Positions 12,954 to 26,279 are shown, numbered from the stretch's first letter. The stretch: 64,000 nucleotides of DNA from Lytechinus pictus (GCF_037042905.1 NC_087250.1:9984001-10048000); one strand, 5' to 3'. Numbers and translations: made by a program. Notes: generated by a model not told the origin, from the letters alone.

Positions 12954-13147
12954 ATGTAAGATGTTAGAGCCACACAGTCGTCTGCAGGCTGGCCAAATCC
13001 AGAACAAGATTCCCGTTGATATAAAATGTTTCGCTCTTGAGTCTGTTTCGCAGGTGAGTATGTGTGACTGTTGCCTTAATCTGCCCGTCGTACAAAGAGT
13101 TACGATTAATCCAACTGTATGGAAATCCATCCTTACCATATTCTTTT
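12954..13147 (-). CDS. Gene A candidate exon of unknown domain type (ends CRRLCGSNILH)
   Basis: Coding-like segment between Ig exons. TTTCCTGTAG acceptor and weak GTACAT donor give phase 1-0, the bridge needed between exons 15702 and 11899. Confidence 0.4.
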
Positions 13148-14108
13148 CTACAGGAAATTTGCACAATCTCCTAAGTTAACACAGAGAATCACACTGAATA
13201 TTTAAGAGAGAATGATAAATATATGGGATATACATCAGATCTAGAAAATATTTCGAGCAAATTTACATTTTAGATGTTGACGTTGTTGACCGTCCATAGT
13301 TGTAGGTGATCGGATCAATCGCAACTGTAGTATGTAGTATGAGGGCCCTGCCCTCCTGATGAGGCGCGGATCCATGGAGTAGGAGCTGGGGGCAGGCCTC
13401 CCCCCCCCCTTCCCTCCATGGGTCCGCGCCTGCTCCTGATCTCCTAAAAGTGGGCGATTAAAAATGTCTTGCAAGTTCACTGACTTCATTAACCCGTAAA
13501 ATATCCTTTCTCTCAATTTCAGTAAAACTTCATTGTTCCATAAATAATCAGATGATGACGTTACGTTACCTTTGACACGTTTGAAGCCGTACTGATTACA
13601 CAACAGTCGCCAGGCTGAGAATCAATGGGATCGAGGCAGTTAGCGATAGCTATACGAGGATCTGGTTTAATGAGATATTAATCGGAGTATTTATTTATTT
13701 TTTGCTTTTCTAACTTCTAGGCACCCAAAATAGCCTTCCTTCTTTAGTGTTTTTTTTCTTTATTGATATTTAGCGACCAAAAATAATCTTCATTTTATAG
13801 TGAACCCCCCCCCCCTTCGGCTGTTCAAATTTCCGGGAGTAAAATAACCCGTTTTTTTTCAAATTCACATCAGCACCCCTAGTAAAAAAAAAACGTTTCC
13901 AATGGCCCTGTGAGAGAGCACAACTGTTTATTAATGAGAAAGGTTTACGTGTTACCATACCCATACATGATCGTATGCGTATTTGAAAAAAAATTATTTC
14001 CCAACGGTCATTACACAAAATATATGGACAAATTAAAGCATATTAACAAATCATTTCCCCAAACATTTTCCACGCATAATAATTTCACATCATTATACAT
14101 GTATATCT

Positions 14109-14117
<9 letters not shown>

Positions 14118-14151
<34 letters not shown>
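14118..14151. repeat. (AT)n microsatellite
   Basis: Direct inspection. Confidence 0.95.
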
Positions 14152-14153
<2 letters not shown>

Positions 14154-14429
14154 CGTAGGTTACTCTCTGATTACCAATTTAAAATGGATGTATTGCGAAA
14201 AAAATCAAGTAATGCACAATAAAACCCCCAAATATGTTCAAGATATAGTGCGCCATAGATCAATAAATTTCCAAACTAGATATTCAATCAACTGTCCCCT
14301 TTTCATTGAAAAACCATAAACCGAGTATTATAAAAGATCATTTTGTTATCATAGCTCCAAGATATGAAATAAGTTATCCCCTTCTCTCCGTTTAGCAAAT
14401 TCATTTATAATTCTGTTAAAAAAGACAAT

Positions 14430-14702
14430 GTTAATCGATATCCCTCACACAAATATGTTTTTAGATTTCCCTGAATACTTTATGTTACTTTCTGTTGTTA
14501 TAAGTTTATTAGTGATTTTGATTTATTTGTACTTTTATGTATTACATTTTTCTTTCCCATTGATTATTATGTTCCCTTTGAGACTATTTTTATGTAATAT
14601 TGTTTTGTTATGTTTTTAATTTATGTTGATACAGGGCCCCTTGGTCGAGCAGTTCTTGTAACTGAAAGGGCTACCCTGTTAAAATAAAACGACAAATAAA
14701 TT
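14430..14702 (+). mobile_element. L2-like LINE 3' tail
   Basis: T-rich UTR, stem-loop CAGGGCCCC..GGGCTACCCTG, then AAATAAA tail. Confidence 0.45.
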
Positions 14703-15701
14703 AAGTACGTATATATACAACATTAATATATAAAAGAACATAATATATATATCACATAAGCACTTAAAATGGTTATGCCATAAAGGTCGGCTTATACTTC
14801 TAAATATTGCATTCAACGAAGTGATCTTTTTTTCTCGAAATGTTTAAACAAATTATTTTTTATAAAAATGTTAAATATAATTATTTGACAAACTTCATTC
14901 CACAGCAAATAACTATTCACAACATAGTATGTAAAATAAGAGAACTCCATTTCCCTAAATGGAATGTTCTAAAATTCGGAGTAAAATAATTGCAGATGTC
15001 GTTCTATCTTTATTTTTTTATCAAGGTTACAAGAAGCTAAAAAAAAATATCTAAATATAAAGAGTAAAATTTAGGGAGCAAAGTGCTTAGAGTTTTATGA
15101 AAAAAATCTGATTATAACAAGGTAACTCAGCTTTAAGCAATTTATATATGTATATATATATATATATATATATTGAGAAAGCAGCAATATGCAGTCTACC
15201 ATGAATATTTATTAGGTGGAATGATTGTCATGTCCCCACTTTCCTTTCTCTCAATATCTGAAATCATATATGATTATTCTTTGTTTCCGTATATGTCTCC
15301 ATTTTAACAAATTAAGTTGCAATGAATGAATACCTTTCACATTGAATCAGTTGTCAATCCATTACATTCAATCTTGCGGGACAAAATTTGTATCAACATC
15401 ATATCATATTAAGAAATACTAAATGATAAAGTGTGGATATGACATCATTAGTTTACTCGTTTCATATTAACGAAAACATGCATAGAACTGATTCACCGTA
15501 ATAATTAATTCTCAAATATTTTGATGGATTTTTTAGTGTTTTGTATGTCATTTTTACTTAATCCGTTAGAATTAAACACTTTTCGGCCTAGAGTACCCAT
15601 TCTATAGTAAATACTTGTTTATAAATGAAAATTCATTAAACTAATTTAAACAATTGGTATATACGTTCAGTGCAAGCATGCATTGATATAAATCTACTTA
15701 C

Positions 15702-16025
15702 CTAATCTCTTTATGGTAAAAGTGACCTCTACCGTCTTGTAAGAACGCCCAGCGACGATTTGGTCCGCCCTACAAGTGATATTCTGACCCCGAGCTTGCT
15801 GCGAAATATTGAGTTTCACAGCACTGGAGGAACCTCGAACTCTTTCGCGAGACGAATTAATGTTGTTTGCCGAGGTCTGTAAGAGGAGACTGACCGGTGG
15901 AAACACTTTTCCAACAACAGCGCACTCTACGTCCGTTTCTTCACCATGCAGAACTTCAACAACGGCGCCGTCAGTTATTACGTCGCCTGTTGTAGTCTTT
16001 GAAATTGTTATCTCCAAAAGGGGTA
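15702..16025 (-). CDS. Gene A C2-type Ig domain exon
   Basis: ETDVECAVVGKVFPPVSL...ARGQNITCRADQ; TTCTTCAG / G|GTAAGT; 324 nt, phase 1-1. Confidence 0.85.
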
Positions 16026-16575
16026 CTGAAGAACATTGAAAGAAAATGCATATCACATCAAATCATGGGCGGAAATCCCAGGGGGGGGGGGACAGGGGAC
16101 GCGCCCCCTACCCAATATAGTAGGGGATACAATGTCAAATGTCCCCCACTGTTTTTGTTCTTTTGTGATGGAAAGAATACACAATTCAAAATCGAAATAA
16201 AACATGTATTTTTAACGAGATGACCTTACTTTTGTCAACTTGTCCAGCCCCTGGTCCCCCTACCTTTGGGGACAGATTTCTGCCCTTGTTTACAATTGGT
16301 GTGGATGGAACAGTAATCTTCACCCACACATTCAACACCACACACACACGCGCTCGCGCACACACACACACCCACCCACATACTAATCACCAGCGCCTCC
16401 ACACATACACCCACACATCTCTAAATACATTTAGGCGAAGAAAAAAACTAATAATGTTCTGATCATTTGGTAAGGCATATTACTGATAATCAATGATTGT
16501 TGTTCGAGATTCATTTTTTATATTTTCAAGTCATATAAAGGGCCCATTAATATCAAGCCTCACGTCAAATATACT

Positions 16576-17174
16576 TAAAGGTCAAGTCCACCCCGGAAAA
16601 TAATGATTTGCAAAAAGAAAAAAATCTAACTAGCAAAACGCTAAAAAAAATTCATCAAAATCGGATGTGAACTAAGAAAGTTATGATATTTTAAAGTTTC
16701 CGTTATTTTTCGCAAAACCGTTATACGCACATTGGCATGTGAATGAGACAGTCGATGATGTCCATCACTCACTATTTCTTTTGTTTTTTTATTGTTTGAA
16801 TTATACAATATTTCATTTTTTACAGATTTGACAGCAAGGACCAACTTGACTGAAACATATAGTATTAAAACAATGCTTATTCCACATGCTGAGGGAGGAA
16901 TTAATCTTCGTTTCACTTGACAATGAGGAGAAAATTAGCATATTTCATATAATGAAATACAAAAGAAATAGTGAGTGGATGACGTCATCGGTCTCCCCAT
17001 TTGCATACTGACCAGGATGTGCATATAACGGTTTTGTGAAATTAAGCGAACCTTTCAAATGTCATAACTTTCTCATTTTACTTCCGATTTTGATGAAATT
17101 TTCAGTGTTATGCGTTTTGGATTTTTCTCTTTTTATCCAAATCAACTTAAGGTTGGGGTGGACTTGTCCTTTAA
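16576..17174. mobile_element. TTAA-flanked MITE (Kolobok-like), copy 1
   Basis: TTAA-AGGTCAAGTCCACCCC ... GGGGTGGACTTGTCCT-TTAA; largely self-complementary; close homologue at 26280-26879. Confidence 0.85.
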
Positions 17175-18726
17175 GTACAGTGTGTTACCAATATGGGGAA
17201 TAGGCTTCTGCAGATTCGCGTCATTTTTTTGTTAACTTTCATGTTTTCCAAAAAAACTATTCTGACATGGGTTAGATGCCTCATCCCGCTTTTTATAAAA
17301 GGTCGGGTCTGTTTTGTGTTAGTTGAATAGATAAATATTGGGGAATTTTTAGTGACAGTAAGGGCGAAAATCATAACCCCTAGAAATAAGCAAACCATGT
17401 TCAAATTAATAAACAAACATTCAGTAATATTAATAGAATGGTAAATCTCAAATAAAAATAATGATGCAAAATTAGATGACACCAACGAATACAAGAACTT
17501 TAAAAAAATGACTTAAGGAAAAGACAAAAAAGAATGCATGAATAATTTTTAGAAAAATGCAATTCTGAAACATGAGAAGGCGCAGAAATAAATACATAAA
17601 GGACTTTACCGGTAAATACAACCTCAGAATTAAAGGCAAATTCATTAATCCGGGCAATCATGCATTTAGACAAAAAAAATAATTATTTAGGAGCGGCCGA
17701 GCGGAGTTGAAAGTGGGGGGGGGGGGGCACAGGGAAAATGGCACCTTTTCCTTCGAAAATCTAAACATGGCCTTATGCATAAATTTGTTGCTTTTTTCGG
17801 GAGGAAAATTGCACTTACACGAGAAAGGGTACTTGGTAATACCTAAAACGGGTCCTGTTCCGATAAAAGTAGCACAGTACACGTTCGTTAGGGGGCATTA
17901 TTCTTGAGTAAAAAGGACACTCTTTCAGTGCTTCAAAAAGTGGGGGACACTGTGCCCCCCGGCTCCCCCCCCCCCCCCTCCAGAATCACCGCCCCTGATT
18001 TAAACACATTGTATTATGTTGAACGCATAAATATAAAATGCAAACCACCAAGCAACTATAGAAATGAAACTAACAAAATCAAATGAAACCGCAGAACTAC
18101 AAATATACAACAATGAATACTAAACTTCACACACACACACAAACACAAAAGAATATACAGCTTGCAAACGAACAAAAGCAACCATAAAAGTTTATATTGA
18201 CTCTGAATTTTCATCCCAAGGCAAATAACCATGATAAGGGCAACTACAAATGTATAAAAAAAAACAGGTAAGAGACATGACCCAAGGAAGCTGGGGTGCT
18301 GAAACACCCCCAAGATTTTTCTCGAGGGGTGCTGCGTGTATTATTTTACAAACGCATCACTCCAAGGAATTCTGGTCGGTGTGACAAAATGGAGAAATAT
18401 AACCAAAATGACCTATATTGTGTACACACTCCATTTTGTTTATGCTTGCCAAATGTCTCGGGACGAAAATGACCATTTTGGAGTAATTTCTTTTTCTTCT
18501 TTTTCTCATATTGACATCAGCACCCCCAGTCTAAGAAAATCGTTCCCATGGCTCTAGTAAGTTTTTTTTTTTTTTTGGGGGGGGTGTAATAACAATAATA
18601 ATATCCCTGATTTACGACGAAGATTGTTTTAACCCGTTTGAGTGTTGCTCCACCCCCTCCTCATTAATAAAGAAAATCCAATTAAAATGACAACAACAAA
18701 TATTGATCGCACCTCATAATACTTAC

Positions 18727-19050
18727 AAATGACATGAAGATATGCGCTGGTCTCTTTAATCTCAACTTTACTATGGGTCAACAGCCTACAATTATAGATG
18801 CCGTCGTGAGAAAATGATACATTAAGAAGAACGAGATCAGTGTGATTCACAACGTATCCCCGAACAGGGCTCTGCCATCCGAGGTCAGTAAATTTTGAAA
18901 AGGAATACAGTGTTTCGAAACCCTGAGTTGAGTTGGTGACTTTCTGCCAGTACAGGGCCTGAATATTTGACGGGGTAATGTTTATCGAGCATGGGATGGT
19001 AACGTCTGTTCCTGGTTGAACGTAGATATCCATTGCAGAGGTCAGGAATA
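18727..19050 (-). CDS. Gene A V-set Ig domain exon
   Basis: PGTDVTIPC..ALYWQK..DLVLLNVSFSHDGIYNC (canonical Cys, Trp and DxGxYxC-like motif); ACATAG / T|GTAAGT; 324 nt, phase 1-1. Confidence 0.9.
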
Positions 19051-19264
19051 CTATGTATAAAAAAAAGGTATGAAAACAAAACTCTAATAATTGGTTACAA
19101 CACCCCCTCCCCCCCCCAAAAAAAAAAAATATATATATATTTATGTCTCGGTACACTTCTTAGAAATCCATTTACGAGGATATTGCATCTACGGATATTA
19201 ACACCCGAATATTCAGCCTGAGACGGTAGGACAACCATCTTCTAGAACGATTTACATGATAAAC

Positions 19265-19412
19265 CATTGGCGGCGGAAGCCAAAAAATTTAGGGGGGGCC
19301 CACCTGAAATGTTTCGATGGACACGGAAAAAATTTGACAAGCCCCCCCCAAAAAAAAAAAAAAAATTATCAACCTAAATTTTAGGAGGGGATCGCAAAAA
19401 ATTTTGACAAGC

Positions 19413-19452
<40 letters not shown>

Positions 19453-19543
19453 ATCAACCTAAATTTTAGAAGGGGACCGTCCCCCACCTCAAATTTAGGG
19501 GGGACAGGTCCCCCCATCCCCCCCCCCGCTTCCGCCGCCTTTG
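19265..19543. mobile_element. hAT-type MITE with poly-G/C tracts
   Basis: TIR CATTGGCGGCGGAAGC / GCTTCCGCCGCCTTTG; perfect 8-bp TSD TGATAAAC. Confidence 0.85.
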
Positions 19544-19679
19544 TGATAAACCTGTAGGAAAATGGCCCCTTCTAGCACAATTATGTAGGAAAACTATCCA
19601 CTAGGATGGCTTCCGACGAAAAGGTTTATCCTCAGCTAAATATCATTGATGACAAACAGTTACCCTTTATACACGGCTT

Positions 19680-19946
19680 GTGTTATTACATAGGGTTATC
19701 GCGTCTGTCGGGGCAATCGCGTAACCCGTCCATTCGATAAAAGGGGCCCCCTAAGTGCCCGAAGGTTGTGGTACATATAGTTAACCCGACGCTTTGAAAA
19801 ATTTTCCCGATAATTTGTTAAATTGTGAGCCAATTAATGTACAGGAGTCGGATAATCTGGATCCCTGCCTTTCGGGAATTCAGGGTGTCCCTTCTCGAAT
19901 GGTCGAGTTACGCTATTGCCCGACTGGACGCGATAACCCAATGTGA
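19680..19946. repeat. Imperfect inverted repeat element
   Basis: GGGTTATCGCGTC..GGGCAATCGCGTAAC..CCATTCGA versus TCGAATGG..GTTACGCTATTGCCC..GACGCGATAACCC. Confidence 0.7.
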
Positions 19947-20519
19947 TGATGGCACAATTAAGCCTCTATACACTGGAAAATACCCCAAATAATTCTGCTT
20001 TCCGGGGTTACTTGTCCGAAAAGTTGGTTGGACGTAAGGGGAATTTCGAGGGCGGGTGTCCGTGGTTGTTTGTCCTAGAAGGGGAGGGAGCGTTGCCGGA
20101 GGCCATGGAGGTAATTATTTGTCGATAATCTCGGAATAGTTTTCCAGGGATACTAGTCTTGTGCACTCAAGGGTCCATTACATGCCGCCTCGCACAGAAA
20201 AATCAAGCCATAGAAGTCGTGTGTTGTGGACAACAGATCTTGGGATCGCAGCACGCGCGACCAACTAGTTAGAAATCCACTGCCAAACGCGGTTTATGGT
20301 GCGAGGTTAGTATACTAATACTAACCTCGCAATACGTGTGAGTGAGTCTTGTGATAGCTCGGTGACGAGGGGGTATTATTACGGGGTAGCTATCAGGAGG
20401 TCCAGAAAGTCGTCGACCTACTAGCTAGGGGAGACCAGGTTGGGAATAGCCATCTTACTTGGGTTCTACTAGCGGTTAGTGGTTCTATCGACTCGGAGGT
20501 ATTTTCAAAATTTGGGGGT

Positions 20520-20850
20520 GTATTCTTCATTTAATTTCGTTTATTTCCATATTCAACAATTACAGTTTTGTTTTGTACATTTTGACATACAAATAACAAA
20601 ACATATTTCATGTATTCCTGTACAACAATTATATTCAGGATTATTACATATCAGGTTGGAAATGGAGGAGGCGGCTAAAAAGCGGAGCTAGTAGAGCATG
20701 TAGAGTGCAGCCTCCTAATAAATATTCTTGTAGTTACATAGCATCTAAAAATCAAAATAACAACTTGAGCATAAACCAGTTAAATTAAAAAGAAATAGGG
20801 GGAAATCAAAATAGATAATGAAATAAGAAAAAAAAAGATATTAATGGTCT
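20520..20850 (-). mobile_element. LINE 3' UTR remnant (CR1/Crack-like)
   Basis: GGAGGCGGCT..AGTGCAGCCTCC stem-loop with an AT-rich tail; same layout as the other LINE tails in the window. Confidence 0.4.
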
Positions 20851-21169
20851 CCAGAAGCCGGCCCCAATACTCACAAACGGACCTCGCTGATCGACAGGAA
20901 AACGAAAGAGATGGAAAAGTATAGTCACATGATATTCTTGTTTGACTTTTTTTAAATACAAGAGTTTGAGTGATGAAGAGTTAAAAAGATAACAATATCA
21001 TACGAACCATCTCAATAATCAAAATATTTCAATCACCGTGAAACACACTATTCGTAATAAAATGCATTTCAGGAAAACTACTTCGTTTGGTGAAATAATT
21101 GTGTTTGATGAAGATGATGATTGTGATTATGTTGATAATAACACAACACCTACAATAAAAATATCAACA

Positions 21170-21305
21170 TTAATCTTAATGATAATAAAAATAACAATAA
21201 TAATAATGATAATGATAATAATAATGATGATGATGATCACAATGATAACAATACTAAAAACGACAACATCAGCAAATGCATATATAATAGTAATGATAAA
21301 AATAA
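21170..21305. repeat. (ATA/ATG)n trinucleotide low-complexity tract
   Basis: Direct inspection. Confidence 0.85.
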
Positions 21306-21316
21306 AATGTGCTTAC

Positions 21317-21368
21317 CATTTTTGAGAACGAGCGTCAAAAACAAGAACCGGATCAAGACAAGTTGCAT
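21317..21368 (-). CDS. Gene A first coding exon, signal peptide (MQLVLIRFLFLTLVLKN)
   Basis: AAAATG start, hydrophobic core, G|GTAAGC phase-1 donor joining in frame to VFLTSA-MDIYV. Confidence 0.75.
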
Positions 21369-22129
21369 TTTCGATCATAAAAGTATATCATGCAATATAT
21401 GTAAGTGAAGGCTGATATGAGGGCAATAAACCAATGAGATTTCCGAAACCTCCTTAGTACTATTTTGATAACCTTGCTTTGTGATAAATATTGGAATAAG
21501 TACTGAAGTGTGTACAGGTGAATCACTTGCTTCGTTATTCATGTTACACTCGATATTCAATGGCTGTTTGAATATCAAACTCGATTTGAAAAGAGATTCT
21601 TTGAACCGTGTCGATAGAAAAATTTGGCATTGGCATGATTGTCATTTGGTACAAGCCTTTATAGAAAAAGGCGAAAGAGATGAATGAACGCTGCAATGAC
21701 GAACATTTTCCCCCATGGGGAATCCCATATTAAGTTTTTATTGCGAAACTGACAACCGGAGAAGGAGAATCATCCACAAAACAAACATTTAAAAAGACCA
21801 AATAAGACAAAACTCTTGATAGCCGTGGAGTAATGAGCCAACAATTTTGAGGGGGCCAAGGTATTACGTATTGCGTAAAATTGATAAGAAGTTGCGAACG
21901 AGCAAAAAATCCGACATGTTTGTTTCGAAAATCCAATTAGTGATAGATTTTGACATACTATTCATAAAATTATAAATTAATTATGCAATGTGTTTCGAGA
22001 TGCAATGCATTGCTAAGATAAAATTGTATAAGAGAATTCAAGACCACGTAGAAGTCCCTTACGAAATGGGTACGTTTCTTCGTCTGTCTCATTTGGAAGC
22101 GTCCCATTCATTCGAGCAGGGATGTAGTC

Positions 22130-22290
22130 AAAGAAGAATGACAAGAAAATGAGGAATAAGCTAGGAAGAGGCGAAGAAGGAGGAGGAGGAGTAAGAAGAA
22201 GGAGAGAATGGGAAAGAATAAGAGGGAGGGGGAATAAGAAGAGGCCAAAAAGAAGATGAGGAGGAGGAAACAGGAGGAGGAGGGGGGGGT
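22130..22290 (+). repeat. Purine-rich (GAA/GAG) low-complexity tract
   Basis: Direct inspection. Confidence 0.85.
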
Positions 22291-23039
22291 AGAATTAGTG
22301 GGAAATGCCGGGCAACAAAAATGAAGATCTTTTATTTTGCATTGGGTGGCTTGTCAGATCCCCCTGCCCCCTGGTTAATCCTGGAGAGGCCCCAACATTC
22401 AACAACGATGTACATGGTGTAGGTCCAAAGGATGCGAAGAAAACTTTTTTGTATAATTAGAAGGTGAAAAAAGACCCAAATATCAAATTGAAACCACTAT
22501 TAATAACAAGTGCCTCATAAATGTTATGCTATTATTATAATTATAGTTATTATTATTATTATATCATTATATCAATATTAGTTGTAGCTGCAGACTTGTT
22601 TGATAGTTCAAAATAAAAACAAAGGTTTCGAAGGAAATGTAAGGTTTCATGTCATATCTCTATTACTTAATTCTTTTACTTCTTTAATTCTTGAGACATG
22701 AGGTACTTCCTTAACTCCATAAAAACAATAACATAATTCCGTAAAAACTCAGTTGAAACAGAATACAAGGAAGTCATAGGTACAAGAGCAACATCAATCC
22801 TTCACAGCATCTATGACTTTAACCTTATGATACAATGACTATCTGATTCTGAATGCAAATTATCACAATCCAGCTTAAATTGCATAGACCTATTTAGCAC
22901 TGTAAATTATATGCAACCCAGCAACTGACATTAAATCAACATTACATAGGTGGCATTCGTGTACCTAATAGGCTCATAAGATGCATGTTTTGTCATTATT
23001 TAGCATCACTCTATAGCATTACCAGGTGTCTACTGTGGA

Positions 23040-23460
23040 AACACCGTGGTGTAGAGGCTCTGACTCTCGCCTTGTAATTAGAGGGTCGTGTGTTCGAATC
23101 CCACCATGGCCTAGCGTTCTTTGGTACTTTTGGTAGGAAACAATCGTCACTGTGGTTAGTTTAGCAAGTGTGCGCCTAACAGGCTGCTTAAAATGCTATG
23201 AATCCACACTGTAAACAATTAAGTGCTAATTTATAGCACTTACAGTGCTTGTATAGTGACTGCACTATGATTGCTGATTTTCTAGTTTAAATTTAAACTA
23301 GAAATCAACACTCGTAGTGCAGTCAATATACAAGCACTTTAAGTGCTAAATTAGCACTTCATTTTTTACAGTGCAGTGACCGGGTAAAAATAATTGTGAA
23401 ACACTTTGAGCAGCCAATGATTGATAATGCGCTATATAAATGTCAATTATTATTAATTAT
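23040..23460 (+). mobile_element. tRNA-derived SINE interrupted by a palindromic MITE (23207-23373)
   Basis: A box GTGGTGTAGAGG, B box GTTCGAATCC, tail GCGCTATATAAAT..TATTATT; insert CACTGTAAAC..TTTTACAGTG is self-complementary. Confidence 0.75.
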
Positions 23461-23813
23461 TTGTTACTTTCCAAGTGGTATATGTATTTGACACAAAAAC
23501 TTTCTGCATTAACTTTCTATGGACATTCACATGCATTAATGCGTTAAGCCTATTTATGCCATGTCAATATGCTAAACCAAATCATATCAAAACTTTCTTC
23601 CAATATACATATATACATATTTTTTAAATACATGTAATGTAAATCAATTTTTCAACTAGCTATTTGCTTCCAAAAATCTTCTTTATTAAGAGAAATCCCA
23701 TGTAGAATGCTTAAGATTAATGTAGATTTTTAGTCCCAAATCACAATCTCCAGCTCTGATTTCATCTTATCACACCAATCACATACGTTGACCAAGAGAT
23801 AGTGCTAACAGTA

Positions 23814-24046
23814 CACTGCAAAAACTCCGGTGTTGATTTAACACCAGCCCGTATGTCCACACCAGAGAAGTATTGAAACAACACTAGTTTGGAATCAAAC
23901 CGATGCTGTTTTAATACTAATTGGTGTTGTATAAACACTTATCTGGTGTTACACCAAAATGAAACTGGTGTTGTTTCACACTTCTTTGGTGTGGACAAAT
24001 ATAGATTCCGGGCTGGTGTTAAATCAACACCAGAGTTTTTGCAGTG
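23814..24046. mobile_element. Palindromic MITE
   Basis: TA-CACTGCAAAAACTCCGGTGTTGATTTAACACCAGCCC ... GGGCTGGTGTTAAATCAACACCAGAGTTTTTGCAGTG-TA. Confidence 0.9.
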
Positions 24047-24427
24047 TATAATAATCAGGAAAGGCATACGCGGCACAAGTATTAAACATGCACCGTGTGA
24101 ACTATGTACAATATATACAAAGATGAGTGGGGGTGTGTCTGTGTGTGTTCACCCAAGCACATTATCTACAGTACAAGCATATCAATACGACTAGTCTCAT
24201 CATCATACCCAAGGAGGCCTTATTTTTTACAAATTAGAACATTTGATGGTATTTCAGAACAAATCAGATTAACAACCTTTGTACTCAAAACAGCTTTCAT
24301 TACTGGTTTGCATAATTATTATAAGAAATTAAGAAGGCTAAAAAATCAAATTGAAACCATTAGAAAAACCGGCGCCTCATAAATGTTACGTTATTATCAT
24401 AATTATAATTGTTATTGTTATTATAAA

Positions 24428-24442
24428 TAGTAGTAGTAGTAA

Positions 24443-24480
<38 letters not shown>

Positions 24481-24532
24481 TCATCATCATCATCATCATC
24501 ATCATTATCATCATCATCATCACCATCATCAT
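24428..24532. repeat. Compound (AGT)n(ATC)n microsatellite
   Basis: Direct inspection. Confidence 0.95.
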
Positions 24533-25113
24533 GAATAATACAAAATTATTAGCTTTCTGAAGAGCTCGAAAGTTCAGAGATAATAGAATGAAAACTTCAC
24601 TTTAGAGCGACCTTATAAATCATTTGCTTACTTGACAAATCGTTATTGTCTATCCGTCAAAGGTCTACCATAAGGTGTTCAACAAGAGCTCGAAAGTAAA
24701 GAGACAATAGAATGATATCTCCTACATACAGGCAATGATATAAATCTTCTACTCTTTTGACGAATCAGTAATGCATACAGTGTCGAAGGTCAATTTTTGT
24801 TTCATTTTCATTATTTTTTTGGGGGGAGGGGCATGAAATCTCCCATTTACCATGTTTACGGATACTAAACCCTTAAATATCATTCAAACATGTTCGAATG
24901 GTTAAAAAAATCATAGACACCAAGTTAAAATAAAACACTGATCGCTCTAACGACTTTGATAAAAAAGAAAGATATTTGAGCTGATTTATTTTGTCTTTCG
25001 AACCTCATGTTCGCACTTCGCCCTACTGATATAATGGAATACCTGTCTGCCTTCATTTAATGGCATAATAGTATATGTGTTATGGTCAGAAAGTGAGAAA
25101 AGAGGATTTCACG

Positions 25114-25162
25114 ATGGCGTTTTTTAGTCGAATTCCAGTGTACTGCATTGTTATACTTGCGT
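25114..25162 (+). CDS. Gene B exon 1, signal peptide (MAFFSRIPVYCIVILA)
   Basis: ACGATGG Kozak-like context; T|GTAAGT phase-1 donor in frame with exon 30375. Confidence 0.7.
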
Positions 25163-25349
25163 GTAAGTATTTTTCAAAGTATGTATTTGTTTATTAATTT
25201 GTCTCTATAATTTCTAGGGTATAGGAGGGTGCAGTGGGTATATGTTTGCCTCCATTTGAAAAAGACGGCCTTATCTTTTATCCTCATGTTAGTTTGAAAT
25301 AATTGTATGTCCATTCTTTTCTGTTCTTGGGGTGAAAAATGTGTTTGCT

Positions 25350-25553
25350 TATTTATTTTTATTTTTATTTTTTTTAAACAAGTGCACACCAAGTTACCAA
25401 TAATGCATATAGCATTAACATTTATTTGAAAGCAGGATAAAAGAGCAATGTACATTAAATACTTTGCTCACGGGCATAGGTGCCGCGGCCGGGGATCGAA
25501 CCCCGGATTTTGTATGTATAGCCAGGCGCCTTAGACCACTCGGCCACGGCACC
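25350..25553 (-). mobile_element. tRNA-derived SINE
   Basis: GTGGCCGAGTGGTCTAAGGCG A box, GGTTCGATCCCC B box, body TATGCCCGTGAGCAAAG.., (AAAAT)n tail. Confidence 0.8.
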
Positions 25554-25960
25554 TTTGTTTACAATTATTGTATGCAGGTTAACCAAAAAAAACAAGTTTG
25601 TATTAGGAAAATTACACGAAATTAGTTATTTGTGTGTCAGTAAATTACCACCAGAAAGAAAATAAAATATATCTGTATAGTTGATCTTTGTTCTCAATTC
25701 ACGTAGACCTGGGCAACATTTAACTGTTCTATTCATGTATAATTGTGTTGTGTCCTCTTTAATCTATATGAATTCCATTCAGTTCAAGTAAACCTTTTTT
25801 TTTCTCTCTTTCAATTTGCATTTTTCATTAAAAAAAATTACGAATCAATGATAAAGTTGAACGTATATAAAAACAGTATTAAAATCATATGAATGGGATA
25901 AGTCGTAATAGCTAGATACAGGGTCCTGTATTGGGATAAGCCCGTAACACTTTAACCAAA

Positions 25961-26160
25961 GGGCAATTCCATAAAATTTGTACGTCCGACCCCCTATATG
26001 TGGGACTTTCATGAATTTTTTGTGTCTGATTTTTTGTTCTTTCGACAGTCTGTAATGTTCTCTAATTGACCATGACTTGGTCAGTTTATGAAGTTAAGTA
26101 TGACTTTAGAAAAATGGGGGTCGGACGTACAAAAAGGTTGATCATTCATATGGAATTGCC
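25961..26160. mobile_element. MITE with GGCAATTCCATA TIRs
   Basis: GGCAATTCCATA..GTACGTCCGACCCC / GGGGTCGGACGTAC..TATGGAATTGCC. Confidence 0.75.
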
Positions 26161-26279
26161 AATTCGCAAAAAAAGGCTAAAAGAAGGGAAAGGAAAGGAA
26201 GAGAAGAGAAGATAAAATAAAAGGGCTCGAGGGGCGAGCAAGTGGAATAGTGGGCATAAATTCCTTAGTGTTACGGTAT

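Noticed and set aside
25479..25553. tRNA gene
   Set aside because: A and B boxes and complementary ends are present, but there is no proper anticodon arm and it continues into a SINE body and A-rich tail.
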